A stretch of DNA of 64,000 nucleotides from Candidatus Bathyarchaeota archaeon (GTDB lineage: Archaea > Thermoproteota > Bathyarchaeia > Bathyarchaeales > Bathycorpusculaceae), in contig OY970176.1 in assembly GCA_963707955.1 (NCBI GenBank), positions 1,568,001 through 1,632,000 on the forward strand, given 5' to 3'. The notes under the pieces are model-generated. The model made no database searches and had not been told where the DNA came from. It was given only the letters and a program-made list of their open reading frames with translations. The first letter of the stretch is position 1. Each line of letters starts with the position of its first letter. The position numbers were made by a program, and so were the translations under genes. Positions 19,892 through 30,320 of this stretch are shown piece by piece.

Positions 19892-22432
19892 ATGTCCCCT
19901 GTGGATGCCTACCATTGCCTTGAAACCAATGAAAAGGGTCTGTCTGAACAAGAAGCTCAACGGCGCCTGAAGACATACGGATACAACGAGCTGGAAAGAT
20001 CGAAATTCGGCTGGGCTCCGATTCTTCTTAGACAATTCAAGAATCCAATATTCGTCATTCTAATCGCATGTGCCGCTGTGTCATGGCTCTTCGCCACGAT
20101 TGATCAGGCAATATCCATACTTTTGATGATTGTCATAGCCGTGGTCTTGGGCTTCATCAACGAGTACAGAGCTGAGAAGACCGTTCACGACCTTCAGAAG
20201 CGTGTATCTATCAGGGCTGTCGTCATAAGAAACGCCAAGCCTTCCGAAATTGAATCGAGGCTTCTTGTTCCTGGAGATCTTGTCTCTTTCTACGTGGGAG
20301 ACATCGTCCCAGCAGACATGAGGATAGTTGAATCCACTGACCTTCACGTTAATGAAGCAACACTCACAGGAGAATCTTTTCCTGTTGAAAAGAGCTCTGA
20401 AGGTCTCGATGTTCAGCATCCCACGCCTCAGCAGTTGACAAACTGCATGTTCATGGGCAGCGTTGTGGCAAACGGGAGCGGTCGAGGCATCGTCGTGTCG
20501 ACCGGAAAAAACTCGGAGTTCGGATCGATATCCAAGAGCCTAATTCGATCCCACCCTGAAACCCCCTTTCAAAGGGGTGTCAGGAGTTATGGAAACATGC
20601 TTCTTACACTTACGCTTGCGCTCGTATTGGGAATATTCACAATTAACGCTGCTCTTGGTCATAACATGATCAATTCTCTGCTTTTCTCTCTCGCAGTCGC
20701 CGTCGGGCTTGTGCCCGAGCTGATGCCTGCCATCGTAACGATCAGCCTCTCTCAAGGGGCGAGGAAACTGTCGAGGCTGAAGGTCATCGTGAAACGCTTA
20801 GTTTCGATAGAGGACTTCGGCAACATGGATGTCCTGTGCACTGACAAAACAGGAACGCTAACAGAGGGCAAGATCTCCCTAAAAGACTACTATTCACCGA
20901 GTGGAGACAAAGATCCGACGGTCATCCCCTATTCGCTGCTCTGCAACACCGCGGTTCTAGGGGAGAAGATCACTGGCAATCCAATGGATGTGGCGATCTG
21001 GGAGTACGCCATCAAGAATAGCGCACAAGAAAGTGTGACATCCTACGGTAGGATGAGCGAGATCCCATTTGACTACCAGCGGAGAATGATGTCGGTGGTA
21101 GTTAGAAAGGACAGCGATTTCATCCTCATCACTAAAGGTGCTCCAGAATCAGTTCTCTCCAGATGCGACTACTCTGAGACTCTAGGGAAGAAGGAATCAA
21201 TACGCGACGTTTTAGAGTCAATTCGCACCAAGTTCTCCGATCTCTCACTCCAGGGATACCGTGTTTTAGCAATTGCGTATCGAAGCATAGACCAGAAGAA
21301 GGCTTACACGGTTGAAGACGAGGCGAACCTAACGTTTCTAGGCCTCCTAATATTCACTGACCCCCGTAAGCAGGATGCCCATCAAGCAATCATGAAGCTG
21401 AAGGAGATGGGGGTTGACGTCAAGATACTCACAGGCGACAACGAGCTCGTAGCGAGAAAAATATGTGAGGAAGTAGATGTCCCCTGTAAAAAAATAGTAT
21501 CTGGCTCAGAATTAACTCAGATGAGCTCGACTGAAATTAAGAAAGTAGCAGAAGAGACCACAATTTTCGCTAGGATCACCCCAGAACAGAAGCTGGACAT
21601 TATCAAAGCCCTAAAGGAGAACCAGCATGTGGTGGGCTTCATGGGTGACGGAGTGAATGATGCTCCAACCCTCTACGAGGCAGACGTGGGCATATCGGTC
21701 GACACAGCGGTTGATGTCTCGAAAGACGCAGCGGATATTGTGCTTCTGGAAAAGGATCTGCCGGTGCTAGTAGATGGTATTAATGAGGGCAGAAAGATCT
21801 TCGGCAACACCATAAAGTATGTTCTGATGGGAACGAGTTCGAACTTTGGAAACATGTTCAGCGCTGCAGCAGCCTCTATCTTCCTTCCATTTCTTCCAAT
21901 GTTGCCGATTCAGATACTCTTCATGAACCTGCTGTATGACATGTCGAACATGACGATACCAACCGACAACGTTGATGAAGAGTACACTACGACGCCAAGG
22001 AAATGGGACATAGATTTCGTGCGAAAGTACACAATCTTCTTCGGCCCATTCAGTTCCGTCTATGACTTTCTCACCTTCGGCATCATGCTTTTCGTCTTCG
22101 GATGTTGGGCAGGAACAACTGGGAGCCACCTAGCAGCACTGTTTCAAAGTGCATGGTTCGTAGAATCATTCTGGACCGAGGTCTTAATCATGTTCGTCAT
22201 CAGGACTAGGCGCATCCCCTTCCTCACAAGCCGCCCAGGGAAGTGGCTAGCAGGATTCATAATAGGGTTCGTCGTGTTCGGAACCATATTGCCATTCACA
22301 CCTTTCGGCAGCTTCTTGGGAATGGTGCCTCTTCCAGCCGAATTCTGGATTCTAGTCGCACTTATGACAGTTACCTATCTGTTTCTTGTGGACGCTGGCA
22401 AAGTGTTCTTCTACAAGATATGCAAGTTTTGA
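19892..22432 (+). CDS. mgtA: Mg2+-transporting P-type ATPase
   Basis: TGES, PELMP, DKTGT, GDGVND, SSNFGNMFS, NLLYD. Confidence 0.92.
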   Translation: MSPVDAYHCLETNEKGLSEQEAQRRLKTYGYNELERSKFGWAPILLRQFKNPIFVILIACAAVSWLFATIDQAISILLMIVIAVVLGFINEYRAEKTVHDLQKRVSIRAVVIRNAKPSEIESRLLVPGDLVSFYVGDIVPADMRIVESTDLHVNEATLTGESFPVEKSSEGLDVQHPTPQQLTNCMFMGSVVANGSGRGIVVSTGKNSEFGSISKSLIRSHPETPFQRGVRSYGNMLLTLTLALVLGIFTINAALGHNMINSLLFSLAVAVGLVPELMPAIVTISLSQGARKLSRLKVIVKRLVSIEDFGNMDVLCTDKTGTLTEGKISLKDYYSPSGDKDPTVIPYSLLCNTAVLGEKITGNPMDVAIWEYAIKNSAQESVTSYGRMSEIPFDYQRRMMSVVVRKDSDFILITKGAPESVLSRCDYSETLGKKESIRDVLESIRTKFSDLSLQGYRVLAIAYRSIDQKKAYTVEDEANLTFLGLLIFTDPRKQDAHQAIMKLKEMGVDVKILTGDNELVARKICEEVDVPCKKIVSGSELTQMSSTEIKKVAEETTIFARITPEQKLDIIKALKENQHVVGFMGDGVNDAPTLYEADVGISVDTAVDVSKDAADIVLLEKDLPVLVDGINEGRKIFGNTIKYVLMGTSSNFGNMFSAAAASIFLPFLPMLPIQILFMNLLYDMSNMTIPTDNVDEEYTTTPRKWDIDFVRKYTIFFGPFSSVYDFLTFGIMLFVFGCWAGTTGSHLAALFQSAWFVESFWTEVLIMFVIRTRRIPFLTSRPGKWLAGFIIGFVVFGTILPFTPFGSFLGMVPLPAEFWILVALMTVTYLFLVDAGKVFFYKICKF

Positions 22433-22443
22433 AGGAGGAAATC

Positions 22444-22890
22444 GTGTTGACTATTGACCTTTTCACTTGGTGGGCTATCAGCATTTCCTGGAGCATCGCT
22501 TTTCTAATAGTGGCCGGCTTTTACCTCTACGCGAGCAGCAGAGCTAAGCGCAAAGAGGATACGCGGGAAGAAAGCAAACGAGAGAAGAATGATGAGCATT
22601 CAGTTAGAGCGCGCGGGTACAAAACTCAATTGAAAGCAACGGCACGAAGCATAGCCAAAAACTTCATTTTTACTTGGATTCTGCTGGGTCTTCTTGTTTT
22701 CTACATCTTCTCAGTCCAGCTGGGCACAGGCAAGCTGTCTGAGGCGGTTTTCGCCGTGGGCAACATCGTTGTGGAAGCCCTCTTAGTCTTTTATTTGCTT
22801 AGGAACAGGGATAAAATGCCTGCCAAAGAACAGACGGAAAAGGCAGGACGAGAATTGCATGCTGAAGCGCGCGCTCCAACAGAGAATTGA
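22444..22890 (+). CDS. Hypothetical membrane protein (3 TM)
   Basis: GGAGG then in-frame GTG at 22444; hydrophobic segments. Confidence 0.65.
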   Translation: MLTIDLFTWWAISISWSIAFLIVAGFYLYASSRAKRKEDTREESKREKNDEHSVRARGYKTQLKATARSIAKNFIFTWILLGLLVFYIFSVQLGTGKLSEAVFAVGNIVVEALLVFYLLRNRDKMPAKEQTEKAGRELHAEARAPTEN

Positions 22891-22971
22891 AACATGAAAA
22901 AGCAAGCCTGTAAAGTTTTCGCGGCAAATTGCAAGACTCAGAAACCGCTTCACCTCTCGCGCGCGCATTAT

Positions 22972-23865
22972 CTAGACGGGTGGCGGCGGAGGAAGTGGCT
23001 GAGGCGGTTCTTCAGGACTCTTTTCTTTCCCGATCCGTGCTAGGACGATGGCGGCGACTAGGAGCACGAGAAGCACAACCACGATGGGCAAGTATTTCTC
23101 GTAGTCTTCCCACAGGCTGGTTACTAGAGGAGTAACCGTTGGAGGGGGAACAGTGCCTTCGGTCAACATCACGTAAGGCACATCGAACGGCAGCTGAACG
23201 CTCTGGTTGAAGACTCCTCTATAGAGCTCCGCGAATCCGTAAACGTCAAGTGTTGAAGAATAAACAACCTCGTTCTTTGACGAGGCGTAATACATCAGCT
23301 CCGGCCCGTTCAACGTGCTGGATGAAGAGGCATGCCCCAGACCAAGCGCATGTCCAAACTCATGCATCACAACGTCCTTCACGAACAAGCTGCTCGCGGT
23401 TGCGAAGCTGGTTGTTGCGTTAATAATTATTGGGGGAACCGGCTCGTGCGTTGCTAAGTCATAATCATAAGTCGTCAGGCCGACGACGCTGGAACCCGGC
23501 GGCATCTTGTCTGGAGCAAAGGTCACGAGCACATCGTAATCCTGCGTCGCGTTGACGTTGCTAACGTAGAAAACATAGCTCACCACAGGCAGCGAAGTGT
23601 CATTGAACGTTTGAGTGTAGTTCCATATGCTTTTCATCCAATCGTCCAAAGCTTCGCGGACGACAACAGCGTAGTCTGGTACGCTCCACTGGTTCATGTC
23701 AACAAGAACCCTCAGAGGAAATCTGGTCCACCTGAACTCTTCAAGCTCAATAGAATAGGAAGACTGAAGCAGCGCTGACTTCCCAGCTGACGAGGCAAAA
23801 CCCACAAGCAAAGTCCCTACTAGCAAAAGGCACAAGATCGGCTTCTCTTTGATGAACATGACCAT
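22972..23865 (-). CDS. Matrixin-family (M10) metalloprotease, membrane anchored
   Basis: HEFGHALGLGH, Met-turn LMY, signal peptide, C-terminal TM and poly-Pro tail. Confidence 0.88.
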   Translation of the reverse strand: MVMFIKEKPILCLLLVGTLLVGFASSAGKSALLQSSYSIELEEFRWTRFPLRVLVDMNQWSVPDYAVVVREALDDWMKSIWNYTQTFNDTSLPVVSYVFYVSNVNATQDYDVLVTFAPDKMPPGSSVVGLTTYDYDLATHEPVPPIIINATTSFATASSLFVKDVVMHEFGHALGLGHASSSSTLNGPELMYYASSKNEVVYSSTLDVYGFAELYRGVFNQSVQLPFDVPYVMLTEGTVPPPTVTPLVTSLWEDYEKYLPIVVVLLVLLVAAIVLARIGKEKSPEEPPQPLPPPPPV

Positions 23866-24005
23866 CTGCGAACCCTACAGGTCAGGCTTCCCGCACAGAT
23901 TCTGTCTCCAACTGGGTTCTTAAGCGTGTTTTCTCCAAAATACATATCAGAACTCCAAGACACAAAGCAAGCGCGCACGCCTGTTCCTAGATCTTCTGTT
24001 AACAA

Positions 24006-24333
24006 TTGCAGGTCTGGGTGCCAGCGCCCGCTTCAACAGAGAGAGGTGGGGTTTACCCGTCTTGGAGGTTCAGCAGCAAAAAACGACGGGTAGGCCGAAT
24101 TTTGAAGGATCGAACACCTCACAACGTTCCCGAATCCGAATGTGCTCTTCGTGTCAGCCTAACGCCGATGCGCAGCGAGCCAGAGTCAGAAAGGGGAGGT
24201 AGCTCTTTTTTTGAAAGTCGGTCAACCTCAGGAAAAACAGACTATCACATCGGAAGTAGGAAATTTTGGAGCGCGCATGCGCACTACATGGATGTTAGGT
24301 CATGTTGGGGAGAACAGCACACCCAGTCTGTGA
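24006..24333 (+). ncRNA. Putative structured non-coding RNA/element of unknown family
   Basis: Nested complementary segments, including pairing of the two ends; many G-U pairs on the + strand. Confidence 0.4.
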
Positions 24334-24334
24334 C

Positions 24335-25153
24335 CTAGCCTTTTCTTTCCAAGTGGCTTATCAAGCTTTCAAACACCAGTTTTCCGTCTCCGTATTCGGA
24401 CCTCCGTTTCTGTCTCGTCCAGTCTGGCTGTTGCCACCAGTAGAAGGCTCTTTCCGGATGCGGCATCAAGCCGAACACGGTTCCCTCAGGGTTGCACACA
24501 CCCACTATGTCATGAAACGACCCGTTCGGGTTTGTCGGATAAGCACCCTCTGCGTACTCGCCGCTGCTGTTGCAGTAGCGGAAGACAAGCTGATCGTTCT
24601 CGTAAAGCCTCTCCAGGCACTGCTTCTCTTTTTCTTTTGCAAACATGAACCTGCCCTCACTGTGCGCGACTGGTACGCGAAGTACCTTTCCCCTAGGAAT
24701 TTTCGACGTGAATACGCACTTTCCTCTGCTTTCATGCTTAATGCTGACCCATCTGCAGTTGTACCCTGGCGGAAAATTAGTGGCCAACGCTGCCTCAGGA
24801 TAGAGACTGATTCCTTCAAAAGCCGGAAGCAACCCTGCCTCAACGAGCACCTGAAACCCATTGCAGATGCCGAGGATCGGACGGTTTTCGTCCACAAAAA
24901 CCCTCAACTCTCTGCCCAACTTGGACATTATCCACTTCGCCCATATGGCTCCAGCTCTAACGTAGTCTCCGTAAGCGAAACCGCCTGGAAAGACCAGCGC
25001 ATCATAGTCTAACATGCTTCGCCGCTTCACCATCTCGTTCGCATGCACAACTTCGGCTTGAACGCCCAGCGCTTCGAACGCCCGTCTCGTCTCAGCATCA
25101 CAGTTCGTTCCGCCTACGCGCGAGACGCAGACCCTGATCTCTTCTCGCTTCAC
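24335..25153 (-). CDS. purQ: FGAM synthase glutaminase subunit
   Basis: GTNCD, GICNGFQ, AHSEG, GLMPHPER. Confidence 0.97.
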   Translation of the reverse strand: MKREEIRVCVSRVGGTNCDAETRRAFEALGVQAEVVHANEMVKRRSMLDYDALVFPGGFAYGDYVRAGAIWAKWIMSKLGRELRVFVDENRPILGICNGFQVLVEAGLLPAFEGISLYPEAALATNFPPGYNCRWVSIKHESRGKCVFTSKIPRGKVLRVPVAHSEGRFMFAKEKEKQCLERLYENDQLVFRYCNSSGEYAEGAYPTNPNGSFHDIVGVCNPEGTVFGLMPHPERAFYWWQQPDWTRQKRRSEYGDGKLVFESLISHLERKG

Positions 25154-25156
25154 AGC

Positions 25157-27538
25157 CTAAACCCTCCTGCTAAGCGTTCGCTTCCAACTCGCTACAAGAT
25201 CAGTGAGCGAAACGTCAACGACAACCTTGCCCGCCAACCCTGTGACACATAATCTAGGAGACTTTGTAACCCTGCCAATCTCTGCAAAAACCCTGCCTCC
25301 CATTACGGCCTCAAAGCGTTCCTTCGCCTCTCCAGAAACTTCTACGAGGAAACGACTGTTCGACTCCGAGAACAGCAGAAAATCGTCACGGTTCAACTCC
25401 TGCGAAGGAACTTTCCTCAGATCCAGCACGATCCCGTACCCACCTGCAAAAGCCATCTCCGCTGCGCTGACAGCTAAACCTCCTTCAGAAACGTCGTGAC
25501 ATGCTCTGACCAGTCCAGAATCAATCGCCTTGGTCACTGCGCCAAAGGCCTTTTTAGCCTGGTTCCTCCGCACTTTAGGCACGGTTCTTCCGATAACTCC
25601 ATTCATTCTATAGTATTCCGAACCGCCGAGCTCTTTGAAGGTTCCTCCAACGATGTAGATCAAATCGTTCGGGGCCTTGATATCCACAGACACTGCGGAG
25701 CGCACATCAGGAACTATGCCTAGAGCTGTTATCAACAGCGTCGGAGTCACCGGGCCCAGAGGTGACTCATTGTAAAGGCTATCCTTCCCCGAAATGAACG
25801 GTGTACCGTAATCAGTCGCAAAGTCATAACATGCTTCGCACGCCCTAACCAAGCTCCCAAGCCTCTCTGGCCGTTCAGGATTGCCCCAAGTAAAGTTGTC
25901 AAGAAGCGCTATTCGTCTTCCGCCCACAGCCACGTTGTTTCGCACCGCCTCATCTATGACAGAAGCAGCCATCCAGTAAGTGTCTATTTTTCCGTAGTTC
26001 GGGTTCATGCCGCACGAGATTGCTACACCCTTCCAGCTATCATCCAAAGGTTTTAACACAGCTGCATCGTTGGGACCGCCGTTCTTGCCCTGCAACGGCT
26101 TCAACACCGTGTTCCCTTTCACTTCATGATCGTACGTTCGCACAACGCTCTCTTTGCTCGCAATGTTAGGCGAAGAAAGAAGCCGCAAGACCGTTTCTGC
26201 AAGGTCTTCTTGAGCGGAAATTTCAGGCTCTTCCAAGTCTGCTGCTTTATATTTTGCCGTTTTCGTCATTCTAGGCGGTTCAAACAGAAATAAGATGTCC
26301 ATTTCTGCAACTTTTAGGCCGTGAAAGCTCAGTCTTAGTGTTTTGTTTGAGGTCAACTTTCCAATAGCAGCGGCTTCAACGTCTTCACCTCTAAAGACAG
26401 CTAACAAACGTGCGAGGTTTTCAGGCGGCGCTGTCAGGAGCATTCTTTCTTGAGATTCTGAAACGTAAATTTCCCATGGGCATAGGTCCGCATATTTCAA
26501 GGGAACTCTTTCAAGCTTCACCGTAGCGCCACAGTCAAACTTTTTCGCGGTTTCGCCCACGGCAGAGGATAGACCACCACCGCCTAAGTCTGTGATTGCA
26601 GATGCCAACCCGAGGTCTCGGATTTTGATTATTGCCCTCTTGAGCTTTTCCTCCTCGATCGGGTTGGCTATCTGAACTGCAGGGCGAGAAACCTCCTCTG
26701 ATTTTTCCGTCAGTTCAGCAGAGGCGAAGGTCACGCCGTGTATGCCGTCCCGGCCAGTTTTCCCGCCCGCCAAAACGATGACCTCATTCGATTTCGCGTC
26801 TTTCCTAAACTTCTTGAGTGGAAGGAGCCCAACGCATCCGCAGTAGACCACGACATTCCCAACGTAGCTTTCATCGAAGTATATGGCCCCGTTTACCGTT
26901 GGAATTCCCATGTTATTACCGTAGCTTCCTATGCCAGCGACGACACCCATGTAAACGTATTTTGGATGCTTAACCCCAGCTGGAAGTTTCTCATAATCAA
27001 AATCCAACGGTCCAAATCCCAAGACATCAGTGCACGCGATCGGATCCGCCCAAACGCCTAAAATGTCCCGGATAACACCGCCTGTTCCAGTTGCTGCCCC
27101 TCCGAAAGGTTCTACTGCAGATGGGTGATTATGCGTTTCAACTTTGATTGCTACTCCGTAACCCTTGTCGAAATCGACTATACCAGCATTATCTTCAAAA
27201 ACAGAGAAGCACCAGGACGGGTTGATTTCCTCCACAACTTTCTCTATGTACTTTTTGAACAGGCTGTCGATTTCCTTCTCGCCGAATTTTATCTTGCCCT
27301 TGAAAGTTTTGTGGAAACAGTGCTCTGACCACGTCTGTCCTATTGTTTGAAGCTCCACATCAGTTGGATTCCGTCTTTTTTTTGCGAAATACTGTTTGGC
27401 AAGATTCATTTCTTCCAAGTTCAGGCCGATGCCGAGTTCACGGCTTATCTCAACAAGTTGCTCGTTTGTTGCATTGTGAAGATTAACTTCAAAGAAGGGA
27501 AAAGGGGTTTCTCTGCGGATGTAAAGACTTGTGGTCAT
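25157..27538 (-). CDS. purL: FGAM synthase subunit PurL
   Basis: WSEHC, KVETHNHPS, SESQER, DLGGGG. Confidence 0.97.
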   Translation of the reverse strand: MTTSLYIRRETPFPFFEVNLHNATNEQLVEISRELGIGLNLEEMNLAKQYFAKKRRNPTDVELQTIGQTWSEHCFHKTFKGKIKFGEKEIDSLFKKYIEKVVEEINPSWCFSVFEDNAGIVDFDKGYGVAIKVETHNHPSAVEPFGGAATGTGGVIRDILGVWADPIACTDVLGFGPLDFDYEKLPAGVKHPKYVYMGVVAGIGSYGNNMGIPTVNGAIYFDESYVGNVVVYCGCVGLLPLKKFRKDAKSNEVIVLAGGKTGRDGIHGVTFASAELTEKSEEVSRPAVQIANPIEEEKLKRAIIKIRDLGLASAITDLGGGGLSSAVGETAKKFDCGATVKLERVPLKYADLCPWEIYVSESQERMLLTAPPENLARLLAVFRGEDVEAAAIGKLTSNKTLRLSFHGLKVAEMDILFLFEPPRMTKTAKYKAADLEEPEISAQEDLAETVLRLLSSPNIASKESVVRTYDHEVKGNTVLKPLQGKNGGPNDAAVLKPLDDSWKGVAISCGMNPNYGKIDTYWMAASVIDEAVRNNVAVGGRRIALLDNFTWGNPERPERLGSLVRACEACYDFATDYGTPFISGKDSLYNESPLGPVTPTLLITALGIVPDVRSAVSVDIKAPNDLIYIVGGTFKELGGSEYYRMNGVIGRTVPKVRRNQAKKAFGAVTKAIDSGLVRACHDVSEGGLAVSAAEMAFAGGYGIVLDLRKVPSQELNRDDFLLFSESNSRFLVEVSGEAKERFEAVMGGRVFAEIGRVTKSPRLCVTGLAGKVVVDVSLTDLVASWKRTLSRRV

Positions 27539-27786
27539 CGCTTTTCCTCAATGTTGACCGAGTAATTGTCCTTTGTTGGATTTGCCAGGAGCCTCTTGCA
27601 CATCTCTTCAGCTTCAGTTTTAGCCTCCTTCTTTGACCGAGCTTCAAGAGTGACGGTGTAGACTTTGCTGACATTAGCAGTTTCAATTTCATAGCCAAGC
27701 TCTTTTAATAATTGTGCGGTCGTCTCGCCTTCAGGGTCGCTGTGCCCGGGCTTCAAGCTTACCTCGATTCTCAGGCGATATTTCAT
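27535..27786 (-). CDS. purS: FGAM synthase subunit PurS
   Basis: LKPGHSDPEG, MCKRLLANP. Confidence 0.95.
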   Translation of the reverse strand: MKYRLRIEVSLKPGHSDPEGETTAQLLKELGYEIETANVSKVYTVTLEARSKKEAKTEAEEMCKRLLANPTKDNYSVNIEEKR

Positions 27787-27843
27787 AGGCTAAGCTTGGG
27801 CCAAAATGGATTTAAACGCTTTTGCCACCATCAGAGCAAACTG

Positions 27844-28926
27844 CTAATCCAAAATGATTTTCTTACCCTTGGCGAAGACTCTGATTCCTCTGGAGTTCGT
27901 TACGTGGCCTATCTGTTCCGATTCTACTCCCAACTTGTTCAAAATGTCTAAGGCTTTGTTAGTGTCAGCTTTTTCCAAGATCGCCGCAAATCCCCATCCC
28001 ATGTTGAATGTTTTGAACATCTCCTTGTCCGTTATCGGGCTTTTCAGTTCGCTTGCAGTTTTTTGGACCAAGTCGAAGATTGGCTGCTGTTTGAAGTTGT
28101 TAAATTCAAAGCCTATAGCTTTGGAAGACTTTGCCAAGCGGTCAAACTTGAGGTAAGCGTCGCCGGTAATGTGCACGGCAGCCTTCACCTCCAGCTTCTC
28201 TGTCAGTCTGAGAAAAGGTTTCACATAAATTCTGGTCGGCTCCAAGACTTCACGGACCAGCTCACGTTCTAACCCGTCAGGAACAGCGTCCGCCCCATAC
28301 TTCCCACCCCACTGTTTGAAAAGCACTCTTCTGGCGAGAGAAATGCCGTTACTGTGGAGCCCCGAGCTCTTCAAACCTATTATTGGGTCCCCAGGGTTTA
28401 TGTTCCTTCCTGAAATCACGTCTTCTTTAGCGACTTCACCTATTGCCGCGAAGATCATGTCGAACCCCTTGCCTGCGTGCAGACCGTTTATCAGATCGGC
28501 TACATCGCCAATTTCGCCGCTGGGAACGATGCATTCTGACTCGGCTGCCGCTCTTGAAATGCCTCTCATCCATTCTCTTACAAGCGAGGGGTCGGAAACC
28601 TGTGCGTGAATGTTGTCCGCAATTGCGATTGGTCTGGCGCCGGAGCGTATGACGTCATTGACTGCCATTGCTACGCCGTCAATTCCGATGGTATCATATT
28701 CCCCTCCTAGCTGGGCAATGAGCACTTTTGTGCCAACTCCTTCAATAGCTAGGTCTAGATAACGGTCGTGAAATGGAAATATGTTCCCGTAGGGAAGCTC
28801 GACAACTTTACCGTACCGACTGTGTCTGTAGGTCCGTTTCAATATCTGTAACGCCTTTTTTGACTCAGCTCTCAGGTCTCTGTCGACTCCAGTGTCAGAG
28901 TATGTGAGTTTTCGGGTCACCGCCAA
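27844..28926 (-). CDS. purM: AIR synthetase
   Basis: EGVGTK, AMAVND, SSGLHSNG, HITG, TFNMG. Confidence 0.95.
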   Translation of the reverse strand: MAVTRKLTYSDTGVDRDLRAESKKALQILKRTYRHSRYGKVVELPYGNIFPFHDRYLDLAIEGVGTKVLIAQLGGEYDTIGIDGVAMAVNDVIRSGARPIAIADNIHAQVSDPSLVREWMRGISRAAAESECIVPSGEIGDVADLINGLHAGKGFDMIFAAIGEVAKEDVISGRNINPGDPIIGLKSSGLHSNGISLARRVLFKQWGGKYGADAVPDGLERELVREVLEPTRIYVKPFLRLTEKLEVKAAVHITGDAYLKFDRLAKSSKAIGFEFNNFKQQPIFDLVQKTASELKSPITDKEMFKTFNMGWGFAAILEKADTNKALDILNKLGVESEQIGHVTNSRGIRVFAKGKKIILD

Positions 28927-29101
28927 GCCTTCTTGTTTGAAGTCTATCTGGTTCTTGATTTATAAAACATAATCCCTTCCCTTCAAAGTCGTGCTGACTT
29001 ATTGAACTACTCGTGGGAACAGTGGATCACAACGTTGGCGTTCAATGTCGAGAAATGGCTCCGTTTGGAACTTGGCAGAACATCAAGGCATTTCGAGGGT
29101 T

Positions 29102-29503
29102 TTATCTCTGCCTCAGTAGCGGTTCATACACGATATTCGGTCGTCTAGTTCCATTCTCAGCAGCCAGAAGCATGCTTAGCAAGACGTAATACTGTCTTAG
29201 GAAGTCGAGTCCTCTTTCACTTGCCCTGTACACCACTCTGCCATCTTTTACACCTTCCTGAATGAAGCCCATCTCGATGAGAGAATTGAGAAATTTGTTG
29301 AGTTGGCCGGAGTTGATGCTTGCATGCTTCATTATGGAGAATCTGGCCTGTCTTCCATCCTTGACAGCTTCAACCATCAAAGCTATGATTTCGAAGTGGC
29401 TTCTGTACTTCTTGCCCAGAGGGAAGCCGCAAAGACGGTATCTATTCTGCAAGGGTAAATAGGACAAATCATGGTCAATGGCATAATTCTCCATATGCAC
29501 CAC
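29102..29503 (-). CDS. Winged-helix DNA-binding protein
   Basis: YRSHFEIIALMVE..IMKHASINS..LNSLIEMGFI..YRASERG. Confidence 0.8.
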   Translation of the reverse strand: MVHMENYAIDHDLSYLPLQNRYRLCGFPLGKKYRSHFEIIALMVEAVKDGRQARFSIMKHASINSGQLNKFLNSLIEMGFIQEGVKDGRVVYRASERGLDFLRQYYVLLSMLLAAENGTRRPNIVYEPLLRQR

Positions 29504-29661
29504 TTAGATCTATTAACACTCATTTTAATCACTTAAGGAGTTTTTCTGTGGACCCTGTTGAAAAGGTAAACAGATGAGTTGAAAGAGTTGAATTCCAACA
29601 TTTCCTGCGCGAAGCATTTATTATATAGGTCAATTGAAGCTATTGACTTAGGGAACAAAGG

Positions 29662-30261
29662 TTGTCTCAGCACCGCCTATTGCCAAGCGAGATAAAATTT
29701 CTTGAAGAAGTCGCCAATGCGGACTGTGTAATTGGCAATTTGCGTTTGCGAGAGGGTGAATATCAGTACACCCTTGTGAAGGCAATCGCGTCCTTCCAGT
29801 TGGAGTTGACGTTTCCAGACGTCAAGGACCTGATAAGAAGGTTATACGGAGAAGAAAAGACGCTTGACCTCCAGTTTGTTCGTAAAATCCAGACGATCCT
29901 GAAGAAGATGGAGAAGAGCCACATCGTCAGAATCTTGCCAAAAAGAAACCCATGGCAACTTCAACGATACGCGCTCTCAAGCTTCAAGTTTCAGGACAGT
30001 GACAAGAACCTTGTCGTTCTAGCGACTGACCAGCAGATAAAACAGATGCAAGATCTGCTTCGCTCCGCCTTGGTCCAACAAGAGAGAGGCAGAAGAGGAT
30101 ATTTCTGGGCTGCGGCACTGATGTTCTTCGTATTCGTCTCATATAGTGCAGTTGTGTGGGCACTTGTACAGCCCATCGTCAACATGATTGTTTTTGTTTC
30201 TAGTCTGTGTACGTCTGTGATATGCTCATTGGCGCTTGGAGAGATGCTTGCTCGCAGATGA
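29662..30261 (+). CDS. Putative membrane-anchored wHTH protein
   Basis: Helix-turn-helix-wing pattern (VKDLIRRLY..KIQTILKKMEKSHIV..RYAL) followed by two TM helices. Confidence 0.55.
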   Translation: MSQHRLLPSEIKFLEEVANADCVIGNLRLREGEYQYTLVKAIASFQLELTFPDVKDLIRRLYGEEKTLDLQFVRKIQTILKKMEKSHIVRILPKRNPWQLQRYALSSFKFQDSDKNLVVLATDQQIKQMQDLLRSALVQQERGRRGYFWAAALMFFVFVSYSAVVWALVQPIVNMIVFVSSLCTSVICSLALGEMLARR

Positions 30262-30320
30262 TTTTTGACGTCACCTTAACGTTTAATAATTCTGTAGACA
30301 GAGAATAAGATGGGATCAAC

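Noticed and set aside
24006-24338. 110-aa ORF, or RNase P/SRP RNA identity, for the structured region
   Set aside because: The ORF is not protein-like, and signature motifs of RNase P and SRP RNA were not found
24302-25012. 236-aa + strand ORF and many other long antisense ORFs (e.g. 41935-42567, 61661-62761)
   Set aside because: Shadows of well-supported genes on the opposite strand; no recognisable motifs
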